Shown: positions 10,295 through 20,690 of the stretch, piece after piece
How the letters are laid out: each line of letters begins with the position of its first letter
How positions within the stretch are numbered: the stretch's first letter is position 1
DNA from: Ignavibacteria bacterium
GTDB lineage: Bacteria > Bacteroidota > Ignavibacteria > Ignavibacteriales > SURF-24
DNA length: 64,000 nucleotides
Assembly (NCBI GenBank): GCA_025612375.1
Contig: JAAXKN010000003.1
Coordinates: forward strand, 183,245 to 247,244
Direction of reading: 5' to 3'
The notes under the pieces: model-generated
The model's input: the letters and a program-made list of their open reading frames with translations, nothing else
The model's database searches: none
What the model was told of the DNA's origin: nothing
Position numbers and translations under genes: made by a program

Positions 10295-11692
10295 ATGCAG
10301 ATCAGTTTTATAGGAGCTGCCCGTACAGTAACAGGCTCCATGCATTTGGTAAAGGCCAACGGAACCTCTTTTCTCCTGGATTGCGGCATGTACCAGGGCA
10401 AAAGAAAACTGGCCTATGAAATAAACAAGAATTTCGACATGTTCGATCCTGCGGAAATTGATTTTGTCATTCTTTCTCATGCACACATCGATCACGCAGG
10501 CAACCTTCCGAACCTGGTAAAGAATGGATTTAAGGGGAATATATATTCCACCTTCGCCACGCGCGACCTGGCTTCAGTTATGCTGCGCGACAGCGCCTTT
10601 ATTCAGCAGAAGGATGTTGAGTACGTAAACAAGAAACGCAGGAAAAAAGGACAGAACCCATTTACGCCTCTTTACACAATGGAAGACGTGGAGGAAACAA
10701 TAAAGAGGTTCGTTGGGCTTAATTACCACCGGGAATTCTTTCTGACGCCTGAAATTAAGCTTACCTTCTTTGAGGCGGGCCATATTCTGGGTTCTGCCAT
10801 ATCGTTTCTTGTCTTTAATGAAAACGGAAGGATAGTAAACCTTGGATACACAGGTGACCTTGGAAGGGCGAACATGCCAATACTAAGGGACCCGGAGAAA
10901 ATGCCGGATGCGGACTTTATAATTTCCGAATCAACTTACGGCGGAAGATTCCACGACAACGCCGGGCAAACGGAGCAGAAGCTCGCTGAAGTAATAAATA
11001 AGGCAGTCAAAAGAAAAGCCAAGATCATTGTGCCCTCTTTCAGCGTCGGGCGTACGCAGGAGATGGTATACTGGCTGAACAACATTTTTGAAAAGGGAAT
11101 GGCTGAAAGGATCCCGATCTATGTGGACAGCCCTCTTTCTGTTAATGCCACGGACATTTTCCGCCTGCACAGCGAGTGCTTTGATTTTGAAATTTCGCAG
11201 TACCTTATACAGAACAAGGACCCCTTCGGCTTTAACAAGCTAACTTACATCAAAGACGTTGAGGATTCAAAGAAACTCAACTCTATTGAGGGCCCGTGCA
11301 TGATTATGGCCAGCTCAGGCATGGCCGAAGCAGGAAGAATACTTCACCACCTTGCAAATAACATTGAGAATGAGAATAATATTATATTAATTGTCGGTTA
11401 CTCTGCAGAAAATACGCTTGGCCGTAAGATAGTTGAACATGAACCGGTTGTTAAGATATTTGGAGAAGAATATCAGCTCAAGGCCGAAGTAGTTGTAATG
11501 AACTCCTTAAGCGCCCACGCCGATTCAAATGAACTCTTAAGCTACTTCAACCAGTTTGATAAAGACAGGGTTCAGAATCTGTTTCTTGTTCACGGCGACT
11601 TTGACCAGCAGGAAAAATTCTGCTCCCGGTTAAGATCGATCGGTTATAACAAAATAACTATTCCTGAAAAAGGAGACGTCTTTGAAGTTTAA
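10295..11692 (+). CDS. MBL-fold metallo-hydrolase of the beta-CASP family (RNA-metabolising nuclease-like)
   Basis: 465 aa with the metallo-beta-lactamase motif SHAHIDHAG and a beta-CASP region (ESTYGGR...). The C-terminal SAHAD motif is typical of the CPSF/RNase J-like clade. Confidence 0.8.
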   Translation: MQISFIGAARTVTGSMHLVKANGTSFLLDCGMYQGKRKLAYEINKNFDMFDPAEIDFVILSHAHIDHAGNLPNLVKNGFKGNIYSTFATRDLASVMLRDSAFIQQKDVEYVNKKRRKKGQNPFTPLYTMEDVEETIKRFVGLNYHREFFLTPEIKLTFFEAGHILGSAISFLVFNENGRIVNLGYTGDLGRANMPILRDPEKMPDADFIISESTYGGRFHDNAGQTEQKLAEVINKAVKRKAKIIVPSFSVGRTQEMVYWLNNIFEKGMAERIPIYVDSPLSVNATDIFRLHSECFDFEISQYLIQNKDPFGFNKLTYIKDVEDSKKLNSIEGPCMIMASSGMAEAGRILHHLANNIENENNIILIVGYSAENTLGRKIVEHEPVVKIFGEEYQLKAEVVVMNSLSAHADSNELLSYFNQFDKDRVQNLFLVHGDFDQQEKFCSRLRSIGYNKITIPEKGDVFEV

Positions 11693-12659
11693 GGCCTTCG
11701 CCTGCGTGTTCATGGCACTGTTTATCTACGGCTGTCAGAGGGATACATCTGTAAGTGAGCCTGATACGGGCCTTCCACCTGCGGTACCCGCGGTGCCTCA
11801 GGTGGTTGCAGCCCACGACGGGAGCGTTCTTATTGACTGGAGGCCAAATGCGGAGCCCAACCTGAAAGGCTATTATGTTTATAAGGGGGTAAATGATTCC
11901 CTAAGGCTCAAAAGGGTATTTTTTACTTCCGACTCTTACTTTTATGACGATTCTCTTTCATACGACTCGACCTATTATTATAAAGTTTCAGCTCTGGACA
12001 TGAGCGGCAAGGAAAGCCAGCAGACTTCACTTTTAAGGGCACGCCCGATAAACATTAACGCCCCAAGAGAAGTCATTACGCTTGTGGTTAATGCAAGGAA
12101 CTGGATCGATTCACTTTCTGTCTTCTTAAAATGGGAGCCTAATCAAGAAGGGGATATTTCAGGCTATGAGGTCTATAGAGGCGAATCCGAGGGCTTTACG
12201 CCGGGCAGTGATAATTTTATCGGGAATGCCAGCGGCCCGCAGTTTCTGGACCGTCAGAACCTGAAGCCCTATGTGACATATTATTATAAGCTGATTACCA
12301 CAGATAAAGGTGGGCTTAAGAGCAAGGCCGGCAACGAGGTTTCAGACATGATACTTGGGATTCCGGAAGCACTATTCCCTGCCAACGGAAGACAGGTGGA
12401 CTACTTTGACAATTTTATTATCAAAGGGATATCCGTTCCCGCACACTACAAAATAGTACTGCAGTCAAATGAGTACTTCGGTGAAATCTGGAGCCGGGAG
12501 TTTGACAGCAGTGTTACAAACGACAGCATACGGGTAAAAATTGACGGCATACAGTTAAATACAAATACTGTTTATTACTGGCGCATTGTTACTTATTCAA
12601 ATGGCAATAGTGAACCTAACAGTATATCCGCATTATATAACTTTACAATAAGACCCTGA
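11682..12659 (+). CDS. Lipoprotein with fibronectin type III-like repeats
   Basis: TTG start with AGGAG 7 nt upstream. Signal peptide plus lipobox (FMALFIYGC). Two FN3-like modules are present (GYYVYKG...YYYKVSALDMSGKES and GYEVYRGES...YYYKLITTDKGGLKS). The gene overlaps the upstream gene by 11 nt. Confidence 0.6.
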   Translation: MKFKAFACVFMALFIYGCQRDTSVSEPDTGLPPAVPAVPQVVAAHDGSVLIDWRPNAEPNLKGYYVYKGVNDSLRLKRVFFTSDSYFYDDSLSYDSTYYYKVSALDMSGKESQQTSLLRARPININAPREVITLVVNARNWIDSLSVFLKWEPNQEGDISGYEVYRGESEGFTPGSDNFIGNASGPQFLDRQNLKPYVTYYYKLITTDKGGLKSKAGNEVSDMILGIPEALFPANGRQVDYFDNFIIKGISVPAHYKIVLQSNEYFGEIWSREFDSSVTNDSIRVKIDGIQLNTNTVYYWRIVTYSNGNSEPNSISALYNFTIRP

Positions 12660-12664
12660 GGACC

Positions 12665-14587
12665 TTGAAACGTACAGGAATTATATTTATCCTTATAATT
12701 CTGCTTTCAGCTTCTGCTTTTGCACAGAGCAATCCTGACAGCCTAAGCTTTAGTACGTCCTTGTGGGAAAGGAACCTTTTCAGCACAAAGTTCGACAAGC
12801 TTCTCAGCACATATAATCTCGGCACCTCGTTAAATTTCGGAAGGAGGTTCGGTAAACTTTTCTTCGGCATAAATGAAAGCTATAATTCAACTTTGATACA
12901 GGGCAGCCCCAAGAACATTAAAGACGAGCAGTACCTGTCCTTTATTACCGAATATCCTCTGACCGGCTATATGAGCCTTGGAGTCCAGGCCAATAATGAC
13001 ATATTGTCCGACAACAGGAAAATTGACCTTAACCAGGCTTCAATCTTAAACGGGTCGTTCTATATGAAGCTTAGTCCCCTTGATCGGGTTTATGTTACTC
13101 CTTCCATAGGATACTCAAATAACAATCAGATCGGGGAATACGACTACGGAGCAATTTACGGCATTGAAGGGCTTGCAGATAATCTGTCTTTGCCCGAGAT
13201 GAGCATATCTTCACTTTTTAAGTTCCAGAACGAGGATATTTCGCCCAGGAAAAACACGATCAGGATGTTTAACGCTTCGGTCAATAACGACCTTGGCGGC
13301 CCGTTCGGTAATATTCTCGGGGCTTACTACGTTCAGAACAGGAAGGACTTTTATTTCAGCGCAGATTCCATTTCAGCAGCACAGTTTCATATTATTAACA
13401 ACATACAGTCGCGCATTGAGACAAACTACTTCCTACAGGACAGGTTTCTTTACAACAAGGCTTCAGATGAATTTTCTTTCGAGCTGGCGGGAAGGGCCAT
13501 CTGGAGAAATGTGGACAGGGATACGCGCTACCGTGTATTAAGCATCACCTCCCCTTCACTTTTTGACGTCAGGGTTGATGAATTCAGGCTTGAGCTTGAA
13601 TCCAACACGGCCTACAGGACATCCATTTTCGACGGAGCATTCAGGATGAGCTATTCCGAGAGGGATGAAAAGCACGTCGTAAAAAAAATAGAAGAGACGA
13701 ATGTTTTCCAGCAGGAAGAAAGAATTAAATCATACGAAGAAAGGGTACGCCTGGAAGGGCAGAAAAACAATATAGCAACAAAAATCACACTGTCTTTAAC
13801 AGGAAACCTGAGGCTCTCAGAGACTGATCTTCTGACACTAAGCCTGTTTCATAACAAGCTCCGCTACGACACGCCGAGTGAGGAGAACTTTGATGACCGC
13901 GACGAGCTGATGTCGATATTCCGCGTTTTGTACCTGAAAAAGCTCACTCATTATTTCGACACTTTCCTAAACCTTGAGGCAAACCTCAACCACGTGGTTT
14001 ACGTTTTTGCCGAAAGGAGCTCAAACAATAATTTCATGAGGTTCTTAAAGCTCTCAACCGGAGGCGACTATAGAGGACCGGCCATTACGTCAAGAAACAC
14101 TTTTGAGGTCTCTGCCAACTATACGGTTTACGACTATGAGGATGTTAGCCAGAATTTCCGGAGCTTTTCATTCAGGCAGATGTCAATGCAGGATTCCACG
14201 ACAATAATGCTTGCAAAAAAGCTTGCCTTCAACGTCTTCGGATACCTTAAGTTTTCCGAGCAGGGGGATTTCAACTGGGATCGCTTTGCGGGCAAGCCGG
14301 CGCGCAATCTGGAAGAGATCTATTTTGAGCCGAAGGTAAGCTACAGGTTTAATGGCCTTTCGCTGGGAACGGGTATAAGATATCTTACATTAAAGACCTT
14401 TTCATTCCAGAATAAAATTAAAAAACGGGAATCGGATTACCGCAGCATCGGTCCTGTAACGGAGGTTCTGCTGCTATTAAATCAGAGGCTGAACCTGAGG
14501 CTTTACGGCTGGTATGAGTTCATCAGGGCAGACCGGGCAAGGCGGGAGCTCCCCAATATGAACATGCAGCTGAACTGGGAATTTTAG
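12665..14587 (+). CDS. Uncharacterised outer-membrane beta-barrel protein
   Basis: TTG start 5 nt after the previous stop. Signal peptide MKRTGIIFILIILLSASAFAQ, alternating amphipathic beta-strand-like sequence, and a C-terminal aromatic end ...QLNWEF typical of OMPs. Confidence 0.55.
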   Translation: MKRTGIIFILIILLSASAFAQSNPDSLSFSTSLWERNLFSTKFDKLLSTYNLGTSLNFGRRFGKLFFGINESYNSTLIQGSPKNIKDEQYLSFITEYPLTGYMSLGVQANNDILSDNRKIDLNQASILNGSFYMKLSPLDRVYVTPSIGYSNNNQIGEYDYGAIYGIEGLADNLSLPEMSISSLFKFQNEDISPRKNTIRMFNASVNNDLGGPFGNILGAYYVQNRKDFYFSADSISAAQFHIINNIQSRIETNYFLQDRFLYNKASDEFSFELAGRAIWRNVDRDTRYRVLSITSPSLFDVRVDEFRLELESNTAYRTSIFDGAFRMSYSERDEKHVVKKIEETNVFQQEERIKSYEERVRLEGQKNNIATKITLSLTGNLRLSETDLLTLSLFHNKLRYDTPSEENFDDRDELMSIFRVLYLKKLTHYFDTFLNLEANLNHVVYVFAERSSNNNFMRFLKLSTGGDYRGPAITSRNTFEVSANYTVYDYEDVSQNFRSFSFRQMSMQDSTTIMLAKKLAFNVFGYLKFSEQGDFNWDRFAGKPARNLEEIYFEPKVSYRFNGLSLGTGIRYLTLKTFSFQNKIKKRESDYRSIGPVTEVLLLLNQRLNLRLYGWYEFIRADRARRELPNMNMQLNWEF

Positions 14588-14651
14588 CCGGTTGAAAATA
14601 TTAAATTTTTTGTTATTTTAAGCTGTCTTATTTTATCCAAAGAGGAAAACT

Positions 14652-15071
14652 TTGTCCAAAGAAACATACCATCTTGAGATCAACAGCGATCCTAACAAGC
14701 TGCCTCTGGTAGAAGAGTTTTTAGAAGAAATTTCTTCCGGGGCAAAAATGGACAGGACACACTTAAACAACCTCCTGCTTGCCGTAAATGAAGCAATTTC
14801 AAACGCCATGCTTCACGGGAACAAAGCCTCCTCGGATAAAAAGGTGAGACTCAGAGTTGAGCTCGAAGACACATCCCTTACGGTCTACATAAAAGATGAA
14901 GGCAGGGGCTTTAACCCTGAGGAAGTTCCGGACCCCACGGCGCCGGAGAACATATTCCGCGACAGCGGCCGGGGGCTTTACATCATGAAAAGCTGCATGG
15001 ACGAGGTCAAATACAATTTCACGCCTGAGGGAACCGAGCTTGTGCTCTCGATGAAATTCAGTAAAAGATAA
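14652..15071 (+). CDS. RsbW/SpoIIAB-like anti-sigma regulatory ATPase (HATPase_c serine kinase)
   Basis: 139 aa with the N-box NEAISNAMLHGN, G1 DEGRGF and G2 SGRGLYIM. No STAS partner gene is present in the window. Confidence 0.65.
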   Translation: MSKETYHLEINSDPNKLPLVEEFLEEISSGAKMDRTHLNNLLLAVNEAISNAMLHGNKASSDKKVRLRVELEDTSLTVYIKDEGRGFNPEEVPDPTAPENIFRDSGRGLYIMKSCMDEVKYNFTPEGTELVLSMKFSKR

Positions 15072-15284
15072 GTTTTCCAGGCTTAATAAGGCCAGTCATT
15101 CCGAAAGCCGGGCGCCGTAAGGCTGTGCCTGGCATCAATTTTTCTACCCCTCTTTAATTTTCATCAAAAAGCATGCTTCTTATTATTGAAAAGGGCTGTT
15201 TTTATTGATATATTCATTTAGAATTTGGATAAAAATATCCCGATTCGCATTTCACAAATAATTTAAAATGGGAGAGAAAAATAA

Positions 15285-16250
15285 ATGCCAAGAAAAAAAA
15301 TTGCACTCATAGGCGGCGGACAAATCGGCGGTGTACTTACACAGCTGATTGCCCTCAGGGAATTAGCCGACGTTGTACTTTTTGATATCGTTGAAGATCT
15401 GCCCCAGGGCAAGACACTTGATATTGCTGAAGCTTCACGCGTTGACGGTTTTGACGTCAATATTTCCGGAGCCAACAGTTACGAAGCCATAAAGGATTCA
15501 GACATTGTAGTTGTTACTGCCGGTTTACCCCGCAAGCCAGGTATGAGCCGCGATGATTTACTGGTTACAAATGCCAAGATCATGAAATCTGTTGCCGAAG
15601 GAGTCCGTACATATGCCCCGAATGCCATTGCTATAATTATTTCAAATCCACTTGATGCAATGGTTACATTGTTCCAGAAGGTTACAGGATTTCCTCACAA
15701 CCGCGTGCTGGGACAGGCAGGCGTTCTGGATTCCTCCCGTTTTTCGACCTTTATTGCCTGGGAATTAGGCGTTTCCGTAAAGGATGTCAACGCAATGGTT
15801 CTTGGCGGCCATGGTGATACGATGGTACCGCTTGTAAGATACGCTAACGTCAACGGTATTCCTGTAATGGAAATGCTTGAAAGGAAGTATAACGACAAGG
15901 AAAAGGCCAAAGAGGTAATGAACAAGATGGTTGAGAGGACGAAGATGGCCGGCGGAGAGGTTGTAAAGCTTCTTAAGACAGGTTCAGCTTTCTATTCACC
16001 AGCCAGTGCAGCAGTGTCGATGGCAGAAGCAATTCTTAAAGATGAAAAGCGCCTGCTTCCAGTCTGCGCATACTTAAACGGTGAGTTCGGTGTAAACGGA
16101 TACTACGTAGGCGTTCCTGCAGTTCTTGGTGAACAGGGTGTCGAAAGAGTAATAGAGTTATCTTTAATAGAAGAAGAAAAAGCGGCTTTGGATAATTCAG
16201 TTAGTTCAGTGAAATCGCTTGTTGAAGATATGGAAAGATTAGGTTTGTAA
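15285..16250 (+). CDS. mdh: Malate dehydrogenase (LDH-like type)
   Basis: 321 aa with the NAD-binding motif [24 protein letters not shown], and the catalytic region GGHGDTMVP. Confidence 0.9.
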   Translation: MPRKKIALIGGGQIGGVLTQLIALRELADVVLFDIVEDLPQGKTLDIAEASRVDGFDVNISGANSYEAIKDSDIVVVTAGLPRKPGMSRDDLLVTNAKIMKSVAEGVRTYAPNAIAIIISNPLDAMVTLFQKVTGFPHNRVLGQAGVLDSSRFSTFIAWELGVSVKDVNAMVLGGHGDTMVPLVRYANVNGIPVMEMLERKYNDKEKAKEVMNKMVERTKMAGGEVVKLLKTGSAFYSPASAAVSMAEAILKDEKRLLPVCAYLNGEFGVNGYYVGVPAVLGEQGVERVIELSLIEEEKAALDNSVSSVKSLVEDMERLGL

Positions 16251-16271
16251 GAAGAAAAGATGCAAGGAAGT

Positions 16272-16307
16272 AAATCCACCGTCCCAAAAGGGCGGTGGAT
16301 TTTTTTA
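16272..16307. terminator. Bidirectional intrinsic terminator between convergent mdh and rpmA
   Basis: Stem atccaccg(t)ccc (16274-16285) / gggcggtggat (16290-16300) with loop AAAA, followed by T7 on the plus strand and preceded by AAA. Confidence 0.65.
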
Positions 16308-16312
16308 TTCAA

Positions 16313-16576
16313 TTACTTTTGCTCGGGCTGAAAAACATTAACATATTTTCTGTCATCGCGCTTGGTTTCAAATTTCACATAACCATCAACCACAGCAAAC
16401 AGTGTATCATCACTTCCTTTTTTAACGTTGACGCCGGGATGAAGCTTGGTGCCTCTCTGCCTTACCAGTATAGAACCGGCTGAAACCAGCTCACCACCAA
16501 ATCTCTTAACCCCAAGCCTTTGGGCATTACTATCTCTACCGTTCCTGGAAGAACCTTGCCCCTTCTTATGAGCCAT
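16313..16576 (-). CDS. rpmA: 50S ribosomal protein L27
   Basis: 87 aa starting [24 protein letters not shown], the canonical L27 N-terminus. Confidence 0.95.
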   Translation of the reverse strand: MAHKKGQGSSRNGRDSNAQRLGVKRFGGELVSAGSILVRQRGTKLHPGVNVKKGSDDTLFAVVDGYVKFETKRDDRKYVNVFQPEQK

Positions 16577-16592
16577 AATTTACCTCCGGATA

Positions 16593-16901
16593 TTAACCTA
16601 TCTTTGTTATTTCAATTCTGCTTAATAATTGTCTGTGACCGTTTTTAACTCTGTAGCCTTTTCTTCTCTTCTTCTTAAAAACAATCACTTTATCATCTTT
16701 AAGGTGCTCAAGCACTTTTGCCTGAACCTTTACACCATCCAGCAAGGGGCTGCCAACTTTTGTTCCGTTATCATCGGCAAACAAAAGGACTGAGTCGAAA
16801 GTAATTTCTGTGTCAGCATCAGCCTTCAGTCTTGGAACATAATATTTGGCTTTTTCGGTAACCTTAAACTGCTGCCCTAATATATCTACGACGGCAAACA
16901 T
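16593..16901 (-). CDS. rplU: 50S ribosomal protein L21
   Basis: MFAVVDILGQQFKV... is typical of L21. I place the start at ATG 16901 because GGAGGA lies 7 nt upstream. The ORF-track start at 16916 is a TTG inside that SD box. Confidence 0.9.
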   Translation of the reverse strand: MFAVVDILGQQFKVTEKAKYYVPRLKADADTEITFDSVLLFADDNGTKVGSPLLDGVKVQAKVLEHLKDDKVIVFKKKRRKGYRVKNGHRQLLSRIEITKIG

Positions 16902-17099
16902 CAAAAAATCCTCCAATTGATCTATTTTAAGAATGTAAATATATAAAATAGAGCCTAATAAGTCAATTACCCTGCAGGAAATTATTTATCAGCACCGACT
17001 CTAATTTTTCATTCTACTAAAGTACGCATAATTTCCACTGTTTTTCAACTTTTTTATTTTGCCCCTGCTGGATTTTCTACTTATCCCTTTATTTTAGGC

Positions 17100-18803
<1,704 letters not shown>

Positions 18804-18874
18804 TCATAAGGAATTCCATAGTTTTATTTTTCTATGGTGCTGCCCATGGGGCCTACTTTTTCAGCCTTAGCGGC

Positions 18875-19666
18875 TTACTTCTTCAGCCTGAAGGAAAACT
18901 GCGAGCCAATTCCCGGAACGCTCATCACGTCCACCGTTGAGCCGTGGGCTTCAACTATGTGTTTTACAATTGCAAGGCCCAGGCCTGTTCCCCCGGCCGT
19001 GCGGGAGCGGTCCTTATCCACCCTGAAAAACCTTTCAAATATGCGCGGAAGATCGCGCTTGGAAATTCCGATACCGGTATCCCTGACAACGATCCTGACC
19101 AGGTTTTCCTCTTCTTCGGCGCTTAATTCAACCGTGCCCTCGTCTGTGTATTTAATTGCGTTACCGATGAGGTTTACTAGCACCTGTTTAAGCCTCATTT
19201 TGTCGCCGTAAACCTTGAGGTCCTCCCTAATTGGGACAAGCTTAAGTGAAAGTTTCTTATCCTCTGCAAGGGGTAAAAGCTCCTGCAGAACCGAGTCAAG
19301 GAATTCGTTCAGCTTAAAATACCTGAAGCTCAGGTGCATCTCATGGGATTCGATCATTGATATATCGATCAGGTCGCTTAAGAGGTTATTCAGGTTTTCG
19401 GTGTGCCTGGCTGCCTTTTCAAGAAAACTTCTGTTTACCCTGGGGTCGTCTATTGCGCCGTCGAGCAGGGTTTCAATAAAGCCCTGTATGGTAAATATAG
19501 GCGTCCTTAATTCGTGAGAAACATTGCCCAGGAATTCGCTTCTTACTTTCTCCAGGCGCTTCAGGTAGTTAATATCGTTCTGCAGGCGCAGGAACATTTT
19601 CTTAACCTCTTTCTGCAGGCTTAAAAGCCCTTTATCCAGGTAGATGTCTTCGGCAGATTTTATCAT
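18875..19666 (-). CDS. Two-component sensor histidine kinase (PhoR/SenX3-like); the coding region probably extends upstream to about 19915 (see findings)
   Basis: H-box SHELRTP, N-box NLIGNAIKYT, G1 DTGIGI and G2 GTGLGLAIV. The first ATG is at 19666, but an in-frame open stretch encoding two TM helices precedes it. Confidence 0.8.
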   Translation of the reverse strand: MIKSAEDIYLDKGLLSLQKEVKKMFLRLQNDINYLKRLEKVRSEFLGNVSHELRTPIFTIQGFIETLLDGAIDDPRVNRSFLEKAARHTENLNNLLSDLIDISMIESHEMHLSFRYFKLNEFLDSVLQELLPLAEDKKLSLKLVPIREDLKVYGDKMRLKQVLVNLIGNAIKYTDEGTVELSAEEEENLVRIVVRDTGIGISKRDLPRIFERFFRVDKDRSRTAGGTGLGLAIVKHIVEAHGSTVDVMSVPGIGSQFSFRLKK

Positions 19667-19892
19667 GTCTTTTCTAATGGCATGAATTACAGCTTCAATT
19701 GAATTAAGCTCCCGGAATCTCTTTTCCCCGAGGAAATAGAGGAGCAGAAGGCTGAAGGTCAGGATTGAAATTGTAATTATCCAGCGGCTGGAGCCATCCG
19801 GAATTAAAATGAACAGGACTAAAAGGAGAAGTCCGCTTAGAAAAGTAACTTCTTTAAGAATGGCTCCGGAGAAGACGAGGTTTCTTTTAACT

Positions 19893-20600
19893 TTAGGCAG
19901 GATTTCTGAAACGATAGCCGACTCCTTTAATTGTTTCGATCATGTCTGCATAATCTGTAAGTTTCTCCCTGATCTTTCTTATGTGGACGTCTATAGTCCT
20001 GTCGACCACCAGTACGTCGGTGCCCCAGATGTCGTGCAGTATTGCCTCGCGCCCGAATACCTTTCCCGGTTTTGATGCCAGATAGCTCAGGATCTCGAAT
20101 TCCTTGCGGGGGAATATGATTGTCTCTCCTTCGAGGAGCACTTCATACTTGTCGCGGTTGATTTCAAGGGGGCCAATTTTAATGACGGGGTTTTCCCCTG
20201 CCGGGAGGCTGGTGCCTTCGGAGGCCTGAAGTTCAGATTTCCTTAGGTTAGACTTTACGCGTGCAACCAGTTTCTTGGGCGAGATAGGTTTCCCTATAAA
20301 GTCGTCTGCACCCAGTTCGAGGCCTTTGATCTCATCTACTTCAGAAGACTTAGCCGTAAGGAATATGACAGGTGTTGTTGAGAACTGTTCGTTTTTCCTT
20401 ATCTGGCGGCAGACCTCAAAGCCGTCAAACTTCGGCATCATGACGTCCAGGATAATCAGGTCAGGCTTTTGCGAGAGTTTCTCAAGCGCCTCTTTGCCGT
20501 CGTAAGCGGTAATAACATCAAAGCCCTCCAGGGCAAGGTTATATTCAAGGAATTCAACAATATCCTTTTCGTCGTCTGCCAGCAGGATCTTCGCTTTCAT
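19893..20600 (-). CDS. OmpR/PhoB-family response regulator
   Basis: 235 aa with a receiver domain (ILLADDE...LIILDVMMP...TAKS) and a winged-helix output domain (EFEILSYLASKPGKVF...VGYRF). Confidence 0.85.
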   Translation of the reverse strand: MKAKILLADDEKDIVEFLEYNLALEGFDVITAYDGKEALEKLSQKPDLIILDVMMPKFDGFEVCRQIRKNEQFSTTPVIFLTAKSSEVDEIKGLELGADDFIGKPISPKKLVARVKSNLRKSELQASEGTSLPAGENPVIKIGPLEINRDKYEVLLEGETIIFPRKEFEILSYLASKPGKVFGREAILHDIWGTDVLVVDRTIDVHIRKIREKLTDYADMIETIKGVGYRFRNPA

Positions 20601-20632
20601 AGAATGTTTTTCTTTTTTATCAGAATAAAAAC

Positions 20633-20674
20633 CGCTATTGCTTTCTCGCTATTGCTTTCTCGCTATTGCTTACT
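20633..20674. repeat. Three tandem copies of a 14-bp unit (cgctattgctttct x2, cgctattgcttact)
   Basis: Read directly: 20633-20646 and 20647-20660 are identical, and 20661-20674 differs at 1 of 14 positions. The repeat lies 33-74 nt upstream of the response-regulator ATG (20600) and 17 nt downstream of the dxs stop. Confidence 0.8.
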
Positions 20675-20690
20675 GTAGTTTATAGTTCTT

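Noticed and set aside
10220-10495. 91-aa minus-strand ORF overlapping the 5' end of the beta-CASP gene and its promoter.
   Set aside because: It overlaps a well-supported gene on the opposite strand, has no motif, and would lack its own upstream region.
15072-15284. Complex hairpin (ccaggc...gcctgg with inner GC pairs, then a T run) after the RsbW-like gene, considered as a small RNA or SRP-like element.
   Set aside because: It has no SRP or 6S hallmark sequences. It is most simply a terminator for the upstream cluster, followed by the mdh promoter region.
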